A stretch of DNA of 64,000 nt from NCBI GenBank assembly GCA_030141605.1, contig JAQGDQ010000958.1, positions 11,911 to 75,910 on the forward strand. The letters are read 5' to 3'. Under the pieces are notes generated by a model. That model did not search any database. It was given only the letters and a program-made list of their open reading frames with translations, and was not told where the DNA came from. Made by a program: the position numbers and the translations under genes. The stretch comes from Tubiluchus corallicola. Lineage: Eukaryota; Animalia; Priapulida. Positions within the stretch are counted from its first letter, which is position 1. Each line of letters begins with the position of its first letter. This document shows, piece after piece, positions 52,274 to 63,945 of the stretch.

Positions 52274-53203
52274 ATGGCAGTTAACAATACGAATCTGCTA
52301 CCAACTGATAACATTCAAGCTGCTATTGATATCTTCTCAATTGTCTTGGGCATCGCTATCATCACCTGCAATGGCTTCGTAGTGTACGTCATTACAAGAA
52401 GCCATAGTTTACATAAGCCTCTCTACTACATACTGGGAAACTTGTCTGCGGCTGATGCATTATCTGGTCTTTGTCTTGTCCTTCAGACAATCTCATTCAG
52501 AACTATTAATTTAAAGAAAGGTAATGTCATACTTTGTGGAGCGTTAGTTACAATTCCATACACATCAATCGGCAATTGTGTATTATTCTATTATCTTGCC
52601 ACGATCGAAAGATTCGCGAGCATCGTGTATCCGTTTCGTTATCACGTCTGGTTTTCCGACTATCGAGTCAAAATCTATTTGGTTTTGTTGTGGACTGATG
52701 CACTGGTATTCAGCTTAGCAAATTTTATTATCTACATTTTTACCACAGAAGAGATCGTACACAAATGTATGCCACAGCAGGATGAAGCTTACCAAACTTA
52801 CCTCTTTTACGTGGTAATTACCTTTCTTCCCGTGATGGTAGGTGGGTTTACCTGCATCTATGTCGTGCTTTTGAAAACGGCTTTAAAACAGCTAAGAGCA
52901 ATAGAAAGTGCAAATCCCGCGAATCATGCTCAGACAGGACATCACCGTTCGAGGCAAATCATATCTGGACTTCGTGCACGACTCAAGCCCATCAAGTCTG
53001 TGACAATTATAGCAGTCCTATTCTTACTGTGTTATTTGTCAGTGGATATGACGTTTATTGTACTGTACATCAATGGCGAAACAGCGACAATTAACACGTT
53101 CTTGCTGCCGGCGTATTGTAACTCGCTGGCTAATGTGTTTGTGTATGTGGCAAAGCTAGATGAATTCCGCAGTGAAATCAAAAGAAGATTCGCTATCCAG
53201 TAA
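52274..53203 (+). CDS. Class A GPCR copy 2 (type B), 309 aa; 5-aa deletion at ECL3/TM7 and P6.50->S
   Basis: Near-identical paralogue. Has CYLS instead of CYLP and lacks GNYLW. Confidence 0.85.
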   Translation: MAVNNTNLLPTDNIQAAIDIFSIVLGIAIITCNGFVVYVITRSHSLHKPLYYILGNLSAADALSGLCLVLQTISFRTINLKKGNVILCGALVTIPYTSIGNCVLFYYLATIERFASIVYPFRYHVWFSDYRVKIYLVLLWTDALVFSLANFIIYIFTTEEIVHKCMPQQDEAYQTYLFYVVITFLPVMVGGFTCIYVVLLKTALKQLRAIESANPANHAQTGHHRSRQIISGLRARLKPIKSVTIIAVLFLLCYLSVDMTFIVLYINGETATINTFLLPAYCNSLANVFVYVAKLDEFRSEIKRRFAIQ

Positions 53204-53683
53204 AGAAGCCAAACAAAACTTGGTTAAGAAGAAAGACGGGGCAATAATAAGAAAGAAAAAGCGTCACCGATATCACGATAGTCACATTAACTCTTTTATG
53301 GAACAAATCTGATTCCTCTTCTAAAATGAAACAATCCTCCCTCGCTCACTAGAAACCAACAGACGACCCTTTCAGTTGTACATGAGCTGAATGAGGTGAA
53401 TTTTAACTAGGTCACGCAAAATGCATGAAAAATCAATTATTTAATAATTTAATAATCATAAGATATGAGGACAAATGATTACAAAAATAGAGTAACTGAC
53501 GGCACAAAGTATCTGTTGATGTGATTCTTGAACCGAGGTTTTAGTTTACAGAGAAACAATTTCTTAGTACAGAATTCTACAAATAAGAAAACCTGGAAAA
53601 AATCATGATTTATAAGCAGCTATAATACAACAAGGAAAGTCTAGTGTACAACTATGAGAAGCAGCAAAATGCGGGTGCATTTC

Positions 53684-56250
53684 GTAACTTTGCTATCAAT
53701 GTTTGTAACACCGAACCTTGTCATATTAAGATCAGCTGTAACTTTGCTATCAATGTTTGTAACATTGAATCTTGGTGTATTAAGATCAGCAGTAACTTTG
53801 CTATCAATGTTTGTAACATTGAATCTTGGCGTATTAAGATTAGCAGTAACTTTGCTATCAATGTTTGTAACATTGAATCTTGGCGTATTAAGATCAGCAG
53901 TAACTTTGCTATCAATGTTTGTAACATTGAATCTTGGTGTATTAAGATCTGCCGTAACTTTGCTATCAATGTTTGTAACATTGAATCTTGGCGTATTAAG
54001 ATTAGCAGTAACTTTGCTATCAATGTTTGTAACATTGAATCTTGGCGTATTAAGATCAGCAGTAACTTTGCTATCAATGTTTGTAACATTGAATCTTGGT
54101 GTATTAAGAGCAGCAGTAACTTTGCTATCAATGTTTGTAACATTGAATCTTGGTGTATTAAGATCAGCAGTAACTTTGCTATCAATGTTTGTAACACCGA
54201 ACGTTGTCATATTAAGATCAGCTGTAACTTTGCTATCAATGTTTGTAACACCGAACCTTGTCATATTAAGATCAGCTGTAACTTTGCTATCAATGTTTGT
54301 AACACCGAACCTTGTCATATTAAGATCAGCTGTAACTTTGCTATCAATGTTTGTAACATTGAATCTTGGTGTATTAAGAGCAGCAGTAACTTTGCTATCA
54401 ATGTTTGTAACACTGAACCTTGTCATATTAAGATCAGCTGTAACTTTGCTATCAATGTTTGTAACACCGAACCTTGTCATAATAAGATCAGCTGTAACTT
54501 TGCTATCAATGTTTGTAACATTGAATCTTGGCGTGTTAAGATCCGCCGTAACTTTGCTATCAATGTTTGTAACATTGAATCTTGGTGTATTAAGAGCAGC
54601 AGTAACTTTGCTATCAATGTTTGTAACATTGAATCTTGGCGTATTAAGATCTGCTGTAACCTTGTTACTAATGTTTGTAACACTGAATTTTGGCATATTA
54701 AGATCTGCTGTAACTTTGCTATCAATGTTTGTAACATTGAATCTTGGCATATTAAGATCTGTCGTAACTTTGCTATCAATGTTTGAACACTGAATCTTGG
54801 CGTATTAAGATCTGCCGTAACTTTGCTATCAATGTTTGTAACATTGAATCTTTGCATATTAAGATCTGCTGTAACTTTGCTATCAATGTTTGTAACATTG
54901 AATCTTTGCATATTAAGATCTGCCGTAACTTTGCTATCAATGTCTGAACACTGAATCTTGGCGTATTAAGATCTGTCGTAACTTTGCTATCAATGTTTGT
55001 AACATTGAATCTTGGCGCATTAAGATCTGTCGTAACTTTGCTATCAATGTTTGTAACATTAAATCTTGGCGTATTAAGATCTGTCGTAACTTTGCTATCA
55101 ATGTTTGTAACATTGAATCTTGGCGCATTAAGATCTGTCGTAAGTTTGCTACCAATGTTTGTAATATTGAATCTTGTCATACTAAGATCTGCCCTAACTT
55201 TGCTATCAATGTTTGTAACATTGAATCTTGGCGCATTAAGATCTGTCGTAAGTTTGCTACCAATGTTTGTAACATTGAATCTTGGCATATTAAGATCTGT
55301 CGTAACTTTGCTATCAATGTTTGAACACTGAATCTTGGCGTATTAAGATCTGCAGTAACTTTGCTATCAATGTTTGTAACGTTGAATGTTGGCTTATTAA
55401 GATCTGCTGTAACCTTGTTACTAATGTTTGTAACACTGAATTTTGGCATATTAAGATCTGCTGTAACTTTGCTATCAATGTTTGTAACATTGAATCTTTG
55501 CGTTTTAAGATCTGCCGTAACTTTGCTATCAATGTTTGTAACATTGAATCTTGGCATATTAAGATCTGTCGTAACTTTGCTATCAATGTTTGAACACTGA
55601 ATCTTGGCGTATTAAGATCTGCCGTAACTTTGCTATCAATGTTTGTAACATTGAATCTTTGCATATTAAGATCTGCTGTAACTTTGCTATCAATGTTTGT
55701 AACATTGAATCTTTGCATATTAAGATCTGCCGTAACTTTGCTATCAATGTTTGAACACTGAATCTTGGCGTATTAAGATCTGTCGTAACTTTGCTATCAA
55801 TGTTTGAACACTGAATCTTGGCGCATTAAGATTAGCAGTAACTTTGCTATCAATGTTTGTAACGTTGAATGTTGGCTTATTAAGATCTGCTGTAACCTTG
55901 TTACTAATGTTTGTAACACTGAATTTTGGCATATTAAGATCTGCTGTAACTTTGCTATCAATGTTTGTAACACTGAATCTTGGCGCATTAAGATCTGCTG
56001 TAACTTTGCTATCAATGTTTGTAACATTGAATCTTGGCGTATTAAGATCTGTCGTAATTTTGCTATCAATGTTTGAACACTGAATCTTGGCGTATTAAGA
56101 TCTGTCGTAACTTTGCTATCAATGTTTGAACACTGAATCTTGGCGCATTAAGATCTGCTGTAACTTTGCTATCAATGTTTGAACACTGAATCTTGGCGCA
56201 TTAAGATCTGCTGTAACTTTGCTATCAATGTTTGTAAGACTGAATTTTGG
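53684..56250. repeat. 54-bp minisatellite array 3 (~48 units)
   Basis: Same unit, with 53-bp variants. Confidence 0.97.
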
Positions 56251-56892
56251 TGTGGGCTTTCAGCTGGAATCTGTGGTGTATCAGAAGTTGTCACTTTTTA
56301 CTGTGCCAAATTTACACGCTTGAAATTAGTCAATGAATTCAGTATAACAATAATTTGGTTTACCAGTGCAGATGCTTCTTTTAGTGCGGACAGTGAAAGG
56401 GGTTCGAGGCGGAAACTCTAAAATCAAAGAACTACTTGCATTCAACAGGTCTTCAGAGACCATTTAGCAGACAGAATAAACAAACAGAGCAGGTAACTAA
56501 TTGTTTGCTAAGTGTCAGCGCTGGCAATAGAAAGTGAACAGCACAATGTTGAGCTAACAAATTACACACACGTGCAAACATACATATATCCATTTGGAAA
56601 TAGGCAAACTATATTTGCAATGGCAGACAAACAAAGATGACTTCGCATCAAACAGCATCCACGTTATTTCATTGTTATTTCATCACTCTGACACGGTGAC
56701 AGCCGGTACACGATACCAATTACAACAGAAAACATGTTCTCATTAGATAGTGAATATCTCTTTGCTGTTATTGTACATCCAAACTGGTAGATACAATCAC
56801 AAGAGATGTGTAAATTTGTATGACACATTAGGAATCAAGTCAGTCTAGACTTGAACTTGAGTACAAACAGAAAACCACACAGCAGAAATTTC

Positions 56893-57840
56893 ATGGCAGT
56901 TAACAACAACACGAATCTGATACCAACTGATAACATTCAAGCTGCTATTGATATCTTCTCAATTGTCTTGGGCATCGCTATCATCACCTGCAATGGCTTC
57001 GTAGTGTACGTCATTACGAGAAGCCATAGTTTACAAAAACCTCTCTACTACATACTGGGAAACTTGTCTCTGGCTGATGCATTATCTGGTCTTTGTCTTG
57101 TCCTTCAGACAATCTCATTCAGAACTATCAATTTAACGAAAGGTAATGTCATACTTTGTGGAGCGCTGTTTACTATTCCACACACATCAATCGTCAATTC
57201 TGTATTATTCTATTATCTTGCCACGATTGAAAGATTTGCAAGCATCGTGTATCCGTTTCGATATCATGTCTGGTTTTCCGACTATCGTGTCAAAATCTAT
57301 TTGGTTTTGTTGTGGACTGATGGACTGGTATTCAGCTCAACAAATTTTATTATCTACATTCTCACCACAGAAGAGATCTTACACAAATGTATGCCACACC
57401 AGGATGAAACTTACAAAACTTTCGTCTTTTACATGGTAATTACCTTTCTTCCCGTGATGGTAGGTGGGTTTACCTGCATCTATGTCGTGCTTTTGAAAAC
57501 GGCTTTAAAACAGCTAAGAGCAATAGAAAGTGCAATTCCCGCGAATCATGCTCAGACGGGACATCACCGCTCGAGGCAAATCATATCTAGACTTCGTGCA
57601 CGACTCAAGCCCATCAAGTCTGTGACAATTATAGCAGTCCTATTCTTACTGTGTTATTTGCCAGTGGATATGGCGTTTATTGTACTGTACATCAATGGCG
57701 AAACAGCGACAATTAACACCGGTAATTATCTTTGGTTTTTGCTGCCGGCGTATTGTAACTCGCTGGCTAATGTGTTTGTGTATGTGGCAAAGCTAGATGA
57801 ATTCCGCAGTGAAATCAAAAGAAGATTCGCTATCCAGTAA
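56893..57840 (+). CDS. Class A GPCR copy 3 (type A), 315 aa
   Basis: Intact ORF with the same motifs as copy 1. Confidence 0.93.
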   Translation: MAVNNNTNLIPTDNIQAAIDIFSIVLGIAIITCNGFVVYVITRSHSLQKPLYYILGNLSLADALSGLCLVLQTISFRTINLTKGNVILCGALFTIPHTSIVNSVLFYYLATIERFASIVYPFRYHVWFSDYRVKIYLVLLWTDGLVFSSTNFIIYILTTEEILHKCMPHQDETYKTFVFYMVITFLPVMVGGFTCIYVVLLKTALKQLRAIESAIPANHAQTGHHRSRQIISRLRARLKPIKSVTIIAVLFLLCYLPVDMAFIVLYINGETATINTGNYLWFLLPAYCNSLANVFVYVAKLDEFRSEIKRRFAIQ

Positions 57841-58318
57841 AGAGGCCAAACAAAACTTGGTTAAGAAGAAAGACAGGGCAATAATAAGAAAGAAAAAGCA
57901 TCACTGATATCAGGATATTCACATGAACTCTTTTATGGAACAAATCTGATTCCTCTTCTAAAATGAAACAATCCTCCCTCGCTCACTAGAAAGCAACAGA
58001 CGTCCCTTTCAGTTGTACATGAGCTGAATGAGGTGAATTTTAACTAGGTTATGCAAAATGCATTAAAAATCATTTATTTAATAATTTAATAATCATAAGA
58101 TATGAGGACGAACGATTACAAAAATAGACTAACTGACGGCACAAAGTATCTGTTGATGTGATTCTTGAACCGAGGTTTTAGTTTACAGAGAAACAATTTC
58201 TTAGTACAGAATTCTACAATTAAGAAAACTTGGAAAAAATAGATTTATAAGCAGCTATAATACAACTAGGAATGTCTAGTGTAAGACTTTGAGAAGCAGC
58301 AAAATACGGGTGCATTTC

Positions 58319-60088
58319 GTAACTTTGCTATCAATGTTTGTAACATTGAATCTTGGCGTATAAAGATCTGCCATAACTTTGCTATCAATGTTTGTAACAT
58401 TGAATCTTGGCGTATTAAGATCTGCCGTAACTTTGCTATCAATGTTTGTAACATTGAATCTTGGCGTATTAAGATCTGCCGTAACTTTGCTATCAATGTT
58501 TGTAACATTGAATCTTGGCGTATTAAGATCTGCAGTAACTTTGCTATCAATGTTTGTAACATTGAATCTTGGCGTATTAAGATCTGCAGTAACTTTGCTA
58601 TCAATGTTTGTAACATTGAATCTTGGCGTATTAAGATTAGCAGTAACTTTGCTATCAATGTTTGTAACATTGAATCTTGGCGTATTAAGATCTGTCGTAA
58701 CTTTGCTATCAATGTTTGTAATCTTGGCGTATTAAGATCAGCAGTAATGTTGTTACCAATGTTTGTAACACTGAATCTTGGCGTATTAAGATCTGCAGTA
58801 ACTTTGCTATCAATGTTTGTAACATTGAATCTTGGCATATTAAGATTAGCAGTAACTTTGCTATCAATGTTTGTAACATTGAATCTTGGCATATTAAGGT
58901 AGCAGTAACTTTGCTATCAATGTTTGTAACACTGAATTTTGGCGTATTAAGATCTGTCGTAACTTTGCTATCAATGTTTGTAATCTTGGCGTATTAAGAT
59001 CAGCAGTAACTTTGCTATCAATGTTTGTAACATTGAATGTTGGCTTATTAAGATCTGCTGTAACCTTGTTACTAATGTTTGTAACACTGAATTTTGGCGT
59101 ATTAAGATCTGTCGTAACTTTGCTATCAATGTTTGTAATCTTGGCGTATTAAGATCTGCAGTAACTTTGCTATCAATGTTTGTAACATTGAATGTTGGCT
59201 TATTAAGATCTGCTGTAACCTTGTTACTAATGTTTGTAACACTGAATTTTGGCGTATTAAGATCTGTCGTAACTTTGCTATCAATGTTTGTAATCTTGGC
59301 GTATTAAGATCTGCAGTAACTTTGCTATCAATGTTTGTAACATTGAATGTTGGCTTATTAAGATCTGCTGTAACCTTGTTACTAATGTTTGTAACACTGA
59401 ATTTTGGCGTATTAAGATCTGTCGTAACTTTGCTATCAATGTTTGTAATCTTGGCGTATTAAGATCTGCAGTAACTTTGCTATCAATGTTTGTAACATTG
59501 AATGTTGGCTTATTAAGATCTGCTGTAACCTTGTTACTAATGTTTGTAACACTGAATTTTGGCGTATTAAGATCTGTCGTAACTTTGCTATCAATGTTTG
59601 TAATCTTGGCGTATTAAGATCTGCAGTAACTTTGCTATCAATGTTTGTAACATTGAATGTTGGCTTATTAAGATCTGCTGTAACTTTGTTACTAATGTTT
59701 GTAACATTGAATCTTGGCGTATTAAGATCTGTCGTAACTTTGCTATCAATGTTTGTAATCTTGGCGTATTAAGATCAGCTGTAACTTTGCTATCAATGTT
59801 TGTAACATTGAATCTTGGCGCATTAAGATCTGTCGTAACTTTGCTATCAATGTTTGTAACATTGAATCTTGGCGTATTAAGATCTGTCGTAACTTTGCTA
59901 TCAATGTTTGTAACATTGAATCTTGGCGCATTAAGATCTGTTGTAACTTTGCTATCAATGTTTGTAACATTGAATCTTGTCATACTAAGATCTGTCGTAA
60001 CTTTGCTATCAATGTTTGTAACATAGATTACTGGTATATTAAGATCTGCCATAGCTTTGCTACCAATGTTTGTAACAGTGAATCTTGT
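58319..60088. repeat. 54-bp minisatellite array 4 (~33 units) with a 155-bp higher-order repeat
   Basis: Same unit; a 47-bp deleted variant recurs every 155 bp. Confidence 0.97.
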
Positions 60089-60733
60089 TGTGGGCTTTCA
60101 GCTGGAGTGCGTGGTACATCAGAATTTGCCATTTTTTACTCTGCCAAATAATTTATATGCTTGAAATTAGTCAATGAATTCAGTATAACAACAATTTGGT
60201 TTACCAGTGCAGATGCTTCTTTTAGTGCGGACAGTGAAAGGGGTTCGAGGCGGAAACTCTAAAATCAAAGAACTACTTGCATTCAACAGGCCTTCAGAGA
60301 CCATTTTAGTAGATAGAATAAACAAACAGAGCAGGTAACTAATTGTTTGCTAAGTGTCAGCGCTGGCAATAGAAAGTGAACAGCACAATGTTGAGCTAAC
60401 AAAGTACACACACGTGCAAACATACATATATCCATTTGGAAATAGGCAAATTATATTTACAATGGCAGACAAACAAAGATGACTTCGCATCAAACAGCAT
60501 CTATGTTATTTCATTGTTATTTCATCACTCTGACACGGTGACAGCCTGTCACGATACCAATTACAACAGAAAACATGTTCTCATTAGATAGTGAATATCT
60601 CTTTGCTGTTATTGTACATCCTAGTTGGTAGATACAATCACAAGAAATGTGTAAATTTGTATGGCACATTAGGAATCAAGTCAGTCTATACTTGAAGCTG
60701 AGTACAAACAGAAAACCACACGGCAGAAATTTC

Positions 60734-61681
60734 ATGGCAGTTAACAACAACACGAATCTGATACCAACTGATAACATTCAAGCTGCTATTGATATCTTCT
60801 CAATTGTCTTGGGCATCGCTATCATCACTTGCAATGGCTTCGTAGTATACGTCATTACGAGAAGCCATAGTTTGCATAAACCTCTCTACTACATACTGGG
60901 AAACTTGTCTGCGGCTGATGCATTATCTGGTCTTTGTCTTGTCCTTCAGACAATCTCATTCAGAACTATTAATTTAACGAAAGGTAATGTCATACTTTGT
61001 GGAGCGTTAGTTACTATTCCACACACATCAATCGGCAATTGTGTATTATTCTATTTCCTTGCCACGATTGAAAGATTCGCGAGCATCGTGTATCCGTTTC
61101 GTTATCACGTCTGGTTTTCCGACTATCGAGTCAAAATCTATTTGGTTTTGTTGTGGACTTATGCACTGGTATTCAGCTTAGCAAATTTTATTATCTACAT
61201 TCTTACCACAGAAGAGATCTTACACAAATGTATGCCACAGCAGGATGAAGCTTACCAAACTTACCTCTTTTATGTGGTAATTACCTTTCTTCCCGTGATG
61301 GTAGGTGGGTTTACCTGCATCTATGTCGTGCTTTTGAAAACGGCTTTAAAACAGCTAAGAGCAATAGAAAGTGCAATTCCCGCGAATCATGCTCAGACGG
61401 GACATCACCGCTCGAGGCAAATCATATCTAGACTTCGTGCACGACTCAAGCCCATCAAGTCTGTGACAATCATAGTAGTCCTATTCTTACTGTGTTATTT
61501 GTCAGTGGATATGACGTTTATTGTACTGTACATCAATGGCGAAACAGCGACAATTAACACCGTTAATTACTTTTGGTTTTTGCTGCCGGTGTATTGTAAC
61601 TCGCTGGCTAATGTGTTTGTGTATGTGGCAAAGCTAGATGAATTCCGTAGTGAAATCAAAAGAAGATTCGCCATCCAGTAA
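60734..61681 (+). CDS. Class A GPCR copy 4 (type B), 315 aa; possible 29-aa extension from the ATG at 60647
   Basis: Intact ORF with CYLS at TM6. Confidence 0.9.
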   Translation: MAVNNNTNLIPTDNIQAAIDIFSIVLGIAIITCNGFVVYVITRSHSLHKPLYYILGNLSAADALSGLCLVLQTISFRTINLTKGNVILCGALVTIPHTSIGNCVLFYFLATIERFASIVYPFRYHVWFSDYRVKIYLVLLWTYALVFSLANFIIYILTTEEILHKCMPQQDEAYQTYLFYVVITFLPVMVGGFTCIYVVLLKTALKQLRAIESAIPANHAQTGHHRSRQIISRLRARLKPIKSVTIIVVLFLLCYLSVDMTFIVLYINGETATINTVNYFWFLLPVYCNSLANVFVYVAKLDEFRSEIKRRFAIQ

Positions 61682-62383
61682 AGAGGCCAAACAAAACTTC
61701 GTTAAGAAGAAAGACAGGGTAATAATAAGAAAGAAAAAGCGTCACCGATATCACGATAGTCACATTAACTCTTTTATGGAACAAATCTGATTCCTCTTCT
61801 AAAATGAAACAATCCTCCCTCGCTCACTAGAAACCAACAGACGTCCCTTTCAGTTGTACATGAGCTGCATGAGGTGAATTTAAACTGGGTCATGCAAAAT
61901 GCATGAAAAATCATTTATTTAATAATTTAATAATCATAAGATATGAGGACGAATGATTACAAAAATAGAGTCACGAGTTTAACGCGATTTAACCAGTTGA
62001 TTAACAAAACCTTCAATAAAAATGATTATGGCAGTAGTAAGCTACTTTTTGCTGAAGTAACACAAATTTCTCAGGATTATACAATCACACACTGAAGTAT
62101 TTTGTTCAATTTAAATTTCCAAAATACATAGAGATTTAAAAGTTTTTTACTTAAAGGAGAGCAGGACCCGATTTAAAAATGTGGTTTAAAATTAATCCAA
62201 CATATAAAACATTGAAAGAGATTGACTGCAAAAAGTTAAAATTTACAAATTTGAAACTACACTTTCGCCACCAATAATTCGCTCACTGCCATTACTAATA
62301 TAACTATTACAATTGCAAAGAGATAAGTGGCTTTTGAATTGTGGAATCTTTGCTTACAAAAATCAATAAAACCCATCACTTAC

Positions 62384-62623
62384 CTGGCAATCGTTTGTCT
62401 CTGATCAATCTCCAGCTCTCGTTCATTCTCCGCACTTGCCTCCGGATAGCAGATGAGTTTGAGCAGCTGTTGTCCCTGTTTGTTCTTCAGCATGGGATCA
62501 AGGAGTAGATCTTTAGTGCAGAGTTTCTCCGGATCGTTCAAGCATTTTTCTCTCACCCAAGTCTCGCTACATATTTCACGTAAAGTTTTCTTAGCAAACT
62601 TGCTCAAACCTGTCGTTTCTTTC
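62384..62623 (-). CDS. MED12: MED12 exon (KETTGLSKFAKKTLREICSETWVREKCL...QLLKLICYP...QRQTIAR)
   Basis: acag/gtaagt boundaries. Resembles MED12 [27 protein letters not shown]...LMQLICYP...QRQRIKR. Confidence 0.92.
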
Positions 62624-62685
62624 CTGTAAGAGACAGCGTAAAATTAAGCAATGTAAATTAATTATCCCCGAATTTAAGCATTATA

Positions 62686-63135
62686 CACTCATATCTCGGT
62701 TTCCCGGACCTTGCCTTTATAGGTATGGGAAGAATCGGACAAAATCTGGGCCGTTAAAAAGCCCTGTGTACTACTGACACACTCCATTGTTTCGGGAGCT
62801 GACTGCCAGTTGGTGGGCCGTCACTTCTGTTGCATCCAAGCAGCAGGTAACGACACGTGTAGCTTGTACGTCAGCATGTTTAGTGGTTTAATCAGCGTGT
62901 GTAAGTGATTTAGAGTCAATTATGCGCCGTTATTTGCGTCAACTGCCAACGGTTTTTACATACATTTTCAATGGAGCGGCCCGTACTAGACGTTTTTGAG
63001 ACAACTACGTGATTGATTCTACATTACCGTGAGTCTGATACACGGTGCTTACTGTATTAGCTTGGTATCGGTAAACACGAACAATCGGCAAATTCAGACC
63101 GACGTCTTTCCCGCTTTTGTCCGGCAAACCTAGTG
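62686..63135. mobile_element. TA-flanked MITE (copy 2, inverted)
   Basis: Same TIR and internal sequence as 24504-24961. Confidence 0.8.
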
Positions 63136-63905
63136 TAATATCGTGTGCAAAAAAACCAGTGTATATAGTTCTGAGATGATGAAGACTTTGCATGTAGCCT
63201 GGCCACTAATTTACCAGTAAGACTCTAATGATTTGTATCTCTGCAATGAGTGTATCTATGTATATATTATTATTATATGCAAAAATTGTATAACATAAGT
63301 AATTTATGCACGATTTTACTCATCGTCACGAGTCTAACTTAGTCTTATGTCTCACATACCCGTGAGCAGCTTAAACTATTTGGAGATCAAGTTCTCTGGC
63401 ACTCTGGCTCATGTGCAACTAGGTCCACATTATACAACTCTATGGTTTTAAATTTCCATCGATATAAGATTTTAAAAACTCTAATTTAACTGTATAATTC
63501 ATTTTATAGTCAATTTTTAATACAGGCACTTAAACACATTCATAGTTAAAAACAACACAACTTTTTTAAAACTCTTACGTCAAAAAAATAAAATCATGCC
63601 AAACGTTTCAACAAGCTGCTGCTGTCATCATCAGTGGTGAATTTACAAACATACAACTAGTTTAATATGATACAACCATTATGATAAACTGGCTGTATGT
63701 TTGTAAATTTACCACTGTTTATAGCAGCAGCATTGTGTGGTTTTTAACTACATACGTTTTATAGTCTCTATCGTAAATACGTTCTTGTGATATTCATGTG
63801 AGTATGTGACTGTATACATATTATTGCTAAATAGACAATAAAAAACAAATAAATAAATATGTACATACTTTACCTGACAACAGCCTTAAATGTGAAATTA
63901 CTTAC

Positions 63906-63945
63906 AGAGGAAAACCTATTTTGTTGTTTAACATTTCTGTTGCAT
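63906..63945 (-). CDS. MED12: candidate MED12 exon (DATEMLNNKIGFP-L); 5' boundary uncertain
   Basis: Strong gtaagt donor at 63905 and a phase-2 end compatible with the exon at 62623. The frame stays open upstream to about 63991. The acceptor is weak. Confidence 0.4.

Larger units (their letters stand above)
46653..61971 (+). repeat. Four-unit head-to-tail segmental duplication; units start at about 46653, 50700, 53502 and 58139
   Basis: The same lead sequence (gcacaaagtatctg...), 54-bp array, ~650-bp spacer, GPCR ORF and ~300-bp 3' flank recur four times. Confidence 0.95.

Noticed and set aside
46653-61971. Helitron rolling-circle or retroposition origin of the GPCR cassettes
   Set aside because: No 5'-TC/3'-CTRR hairpin ends at the unit junctions, and no poly(A) tail or TSD.
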